Source: an uncultured Verrucomicrobiae bacterium
GTDB lineage: Bacteria > Verrucomicrobiota > Verrucomicrobiia > Chthoniobacterales > JAFAMB01
Direction: 5' to 3'
NCBI GenBank assembly: GCA_963813025.1
Contig: CAWEXO010000009.1
Coordinates: 96,001-160,000, forward strand
Length of the DNA: 64,000 bases
Every line of letters begins with the position of its first letter. Positions within the stretch are counted from its first letter, which is position 1. Below are positions 61,738 through 64,000 of this stretch, piece after piece. A program made the position numbers and the translations under genes. The notes under the pieces were generated by a model. The model was not told where the DNA came from. It worked only from the letters and a program-made list of their open reading frames with translations, and searched no databases.

Positions 61738-63054
61738 CTACTTGAACAACGAATTAATTTCTTGGTTTGCCGCTTTCAGTTTCGGAGTGACCTCGGCGCC
61801 ATCTAGAAAGATCGAATCAAAAGTAGCCCGCAAGATTCGTACGGAGTCGGTCGCATGCTCGGAAATCGGAAGAAAAAAGGTACCGTGTGGGTCCTGCGCT
61901 TCCTCCACGAACGCCGACACATCAACACCCTTCGCCGCCAGGCGGGCCTTCGCGATCTCGGTTGCCTCGGGAATTGCGGGGTAGACAATGCCGGTGCGGG
62001 CAACAATGGTTTGTCCTTCGGGTGACGCGAGGAATTTCACCCATTTCCAAGCCTCTTCCTGGTGTTTACTACCAACCCAGATCGAATCGGCTAGTCCGTT
62101 GATGGTCGTGCGACGACCCTCGGGACCTTTCGGCAGGGGTACGAAACCGTGCGGAAAGTTACAGTTCTCGGTAAACCAATGGACCAGCCAGGAGCCGATG
62201 AGGGCGAGAGCTCCTTTTTGCGCCGCAAACAGCCCGGTCGCCGCAGCTTGGCGAGCATCTTTTGCCGGGACAATGAATCCTTTTTTGAGACTCAAATCAG
62301 CGAACCACTGAATGGTATCAATCAGTCTCGGATCGTCGTAATAAAAGTGGGTTGCCCATGGTCCGTCGTAGTACTTCCAACCAAGAGATGCGGCGAAGTT
62401 TGCCCATTCCTCGTGACCAAGGCCATCGGATAAACCATTGAGCAACAGCCCGTACTGTTTCACGTGCTTGGCATCAAAGCCGGCTTCCGCTCCGGTTTTC
62501 CCGTTCGCATCGATACTGAGCTTGGCGAGCACCTGGCCAAATGACCCTCCATCGCTCGGGTTCCACTCCAATTTCCAGAAGGACCGAGGATCGATCCCCG
62601 CTTTGTCCAGCATGGCCTTGTTGTAAACAATGCCGATCGTGTCCCAATCCTTGGGTAATCCGTACTGCTTGCCGTTTTTTCCCCAGACCTTCACTAACCC
62701 TGTCACGTAGATATCGGTGGGCACTTTATCGCGAGCGATCAGTGGCGCCAGATCGACCAACAAATTGTTTTGAACGAATTCCGGATACCGAGACAGGTGA
62801 TTCCAAAAAACATCGGGAGCAGTCCCAGAAACGAACGCGGTATTCAGCGCGGTCCAATAGTCGAACCAGCCGGTCTGCGTGATCTTGATCTTAATATCTG
62901 GGTTTTCCGTTTCGAAAGCCTGCGCGCAGGCTTGATAGGAAGGGGCCTGGTTAGCATCCCATAACCAATAGTTAATTTCCGTGACCGCCTGGGCGGGCGC
63001 TGCGGCAATCCACAGACCGCTGGTTACAAGCAAGATTTTTGCTAGATGATGCAT
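61738..63054 (-). CDS. Carbohydrate ABC transporter substrate-binding protein (paralog 1)
   Basis: Same motifs and same length (438 aa) as the adjacent gene. Confidence 0.92.
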   Translation of the reverse strand: MHHLAKILLVTSGLWIAAAPAQAVTEINYWLWDANQAPSYQACAQAFETENPDIKIKITQTGWFDYWTALNTAFVSGTAPDVFWNHLSRYPEFVQNNLLVDLAPLIARDKVPTDIYVTGLVKVWGKNGKQYGLPKDWDTIGIVYNKAMLDKAGIDPRSFWKLEWNPSDGGSFGQVLAKLSIDANGKTGAEAGFDAKHVKQYGLLLNGLSDGLGHEEWANFAASLGWKYYDGPWATHFYYDDPRLIDTIQWFADLSLKKGFIVPAKDARQAAATGLFAAQKGALALIGSWLVHWFTENCNFPHGFVPLPKGPEGRRTTINGLADSIWVGSKHQEEAWKWVKFLASPEGQTIVARTGIVYPAIPEATEIAKARLAAKGVDVSAFVEEAQDPHGTFFLPISEHATDSVRILRATFDSIFLDGAEVTPKLKAANQEINSLFK

Positions 63055-63075
63055 TGCCTTGTTATTGTTCTGAAC

Positions 63076-63972
63076 TCATCGGTAACCGGTGTATCGAAAA
63101 GCGTCCACGACCTTGCGGCCAAAGAATATCAGGAGGACGGCAACTGGAATCATGCCAAGGACAGTACAGGCCATCAGGCCGCTCCAGTCAGGCGTTCCGC
63201 CGGCCTGCTGCGCGCGAAATGCGTTGATGGCAACCGCCATCACCCGCACAGACTCAGCGCGTCCAACCAAAAATGGCCAGAAGAATTCATTCCACGCGTT
63301 TAGCACTGAGAGGATCGTCAACGTAGCCAACGCCGAGCGGTGGAGCGGAAGAACGACGCGAAAGAAAATCGTAAAGTAGTTTGCTCCGTCAATCCGGGCG
63401 CATTCTTCCAACTCGCGCGGAGTCGAGAGAAACATCTGGCGTAAAAAGAAAACCGCAAATGGTGTCATCAGGGCGTAGGGCGCCGCCATTCCCTGATACG
63501 TATTTAGCCAACCCAGATCTTTGATCAGGATGAAGTTAGGGATGAAGAGCACGACCGCCGGGATCATGGTCGCGCCGAGAAAAAGGAAAAAGATGAACCG
63601 GCGTCCCCAGAAGCGAAGCCTAGCAAAAGCGTACGCCGCCATGGCGCTGCAGGCGATTTGCGGCACAACGACCAAGACAGTAAAAATAACGCTGTTCAAC
63701 AGGGCGCGATAAAAATCGATCTTGCCGAAGCTGGTTTGTTCGAGGCGCGGATCGCTCGGATTGATCAGCCCGATGACGCGCTCGATGTTAAACAGGGTGG
63801 GATCCTGCGGCAGCAGCGAGCCAGCGCCAGTGAACAGAGTGTGACTGTCACTCAGCGCAGTTTTTATCGCGATCCAGATCGGACCGAGAGAAATTACCGC
63901 GAACACGGCGAGCACCAGGTATCCCAGCCAGGGGGCGGCCCGTTTGCCTGAAGTGAAAGAGGCGTTTTCCAT
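63076..63972 (-). CDS. Carbohydrate ABC transporter permease (MalG-like)
   Basis: AAYAFARLRF, PRELEECARIDGA (EAA loop), WNEFFWP. Confidence 0.95.
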   Translation of the reverse strand: MENASFTSGKRAAPWLGYLVLAVFAVISLGPIWIAIKTALSDSHTLFTGAGSLLPQDPTLFNIERVIGLINPSDPRLEQTSFGKIDFYRALLNSVIFTVLVVVPQIACSAMAAYAFARLRFWGRRFIFFLFLGATMIPAVVLFIPNFILIKDLGWLNTYQGMAAPYALMTPFAVFFLRQMFLSTPRELEECARIDGANYFTIFFRVVLPLHRSALATLTILSVLNAWNEFFWPFLVGRAESVRVMAVAINAFRAQQAGGTPDWSGLMACTVLGMIPVAVLLIFFGRKVVDAFRYTGYR

Positions 63973-64000
63973 CTAGGAACCCAGATCTGATTGGCCGGAC

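Overview
Bacterial chromosomal window from a member of the Verrucomicrobiota, most likely Spartobacteria/Chthoniobacterales judging from the 16S sequence by eye. It is mostly core genes: thpR end, tyrS, rpmH-rnpA-yidD-yidC-jag, plsC-cmk-aroA-tyrA, trpB, mutY, rnhC, HU, rnc, parB, UGPase, S41 protease, glgX-treZ-treY, tilS, an AsmA-like gene, nfo, xylB and ubiX. A complete rrn operon (16S, tRNA-Ala, tRNA-Ile, 23S, 5S) follows, then an accessory sugar-utilisation region with two ABC systems, LacI, a GH4 alpha-galactosidase and an aldo-keto reductase. Several conserved genes carry single-base frameshifts, which looks like long-read indel error. The most notable observations are: (i) an uncharacterised two-gene operon with a good sigma54 promoter match and a zincin-like EExxH...ELQA motif; (ii) a release-factor-like protein whose catalytic GGQ loop is cleanly absent, sharing a perfect 27-bp palindrome with a divergent PncC-like/NMNAT-like fusion gene; (iii) a family of modular, nested MITE-like elements whose ends share a YTAG-N6-GTCTC signature with an intact IS630 element in the window; (iv) an M28/glutaminyl-cyclase-like lipoprotein that has lost most metal-binding and catalytic residues. 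No CRISPR array, prophage or recognisable defence system was seen. All family calls come from motif recognition; no database searches were run.
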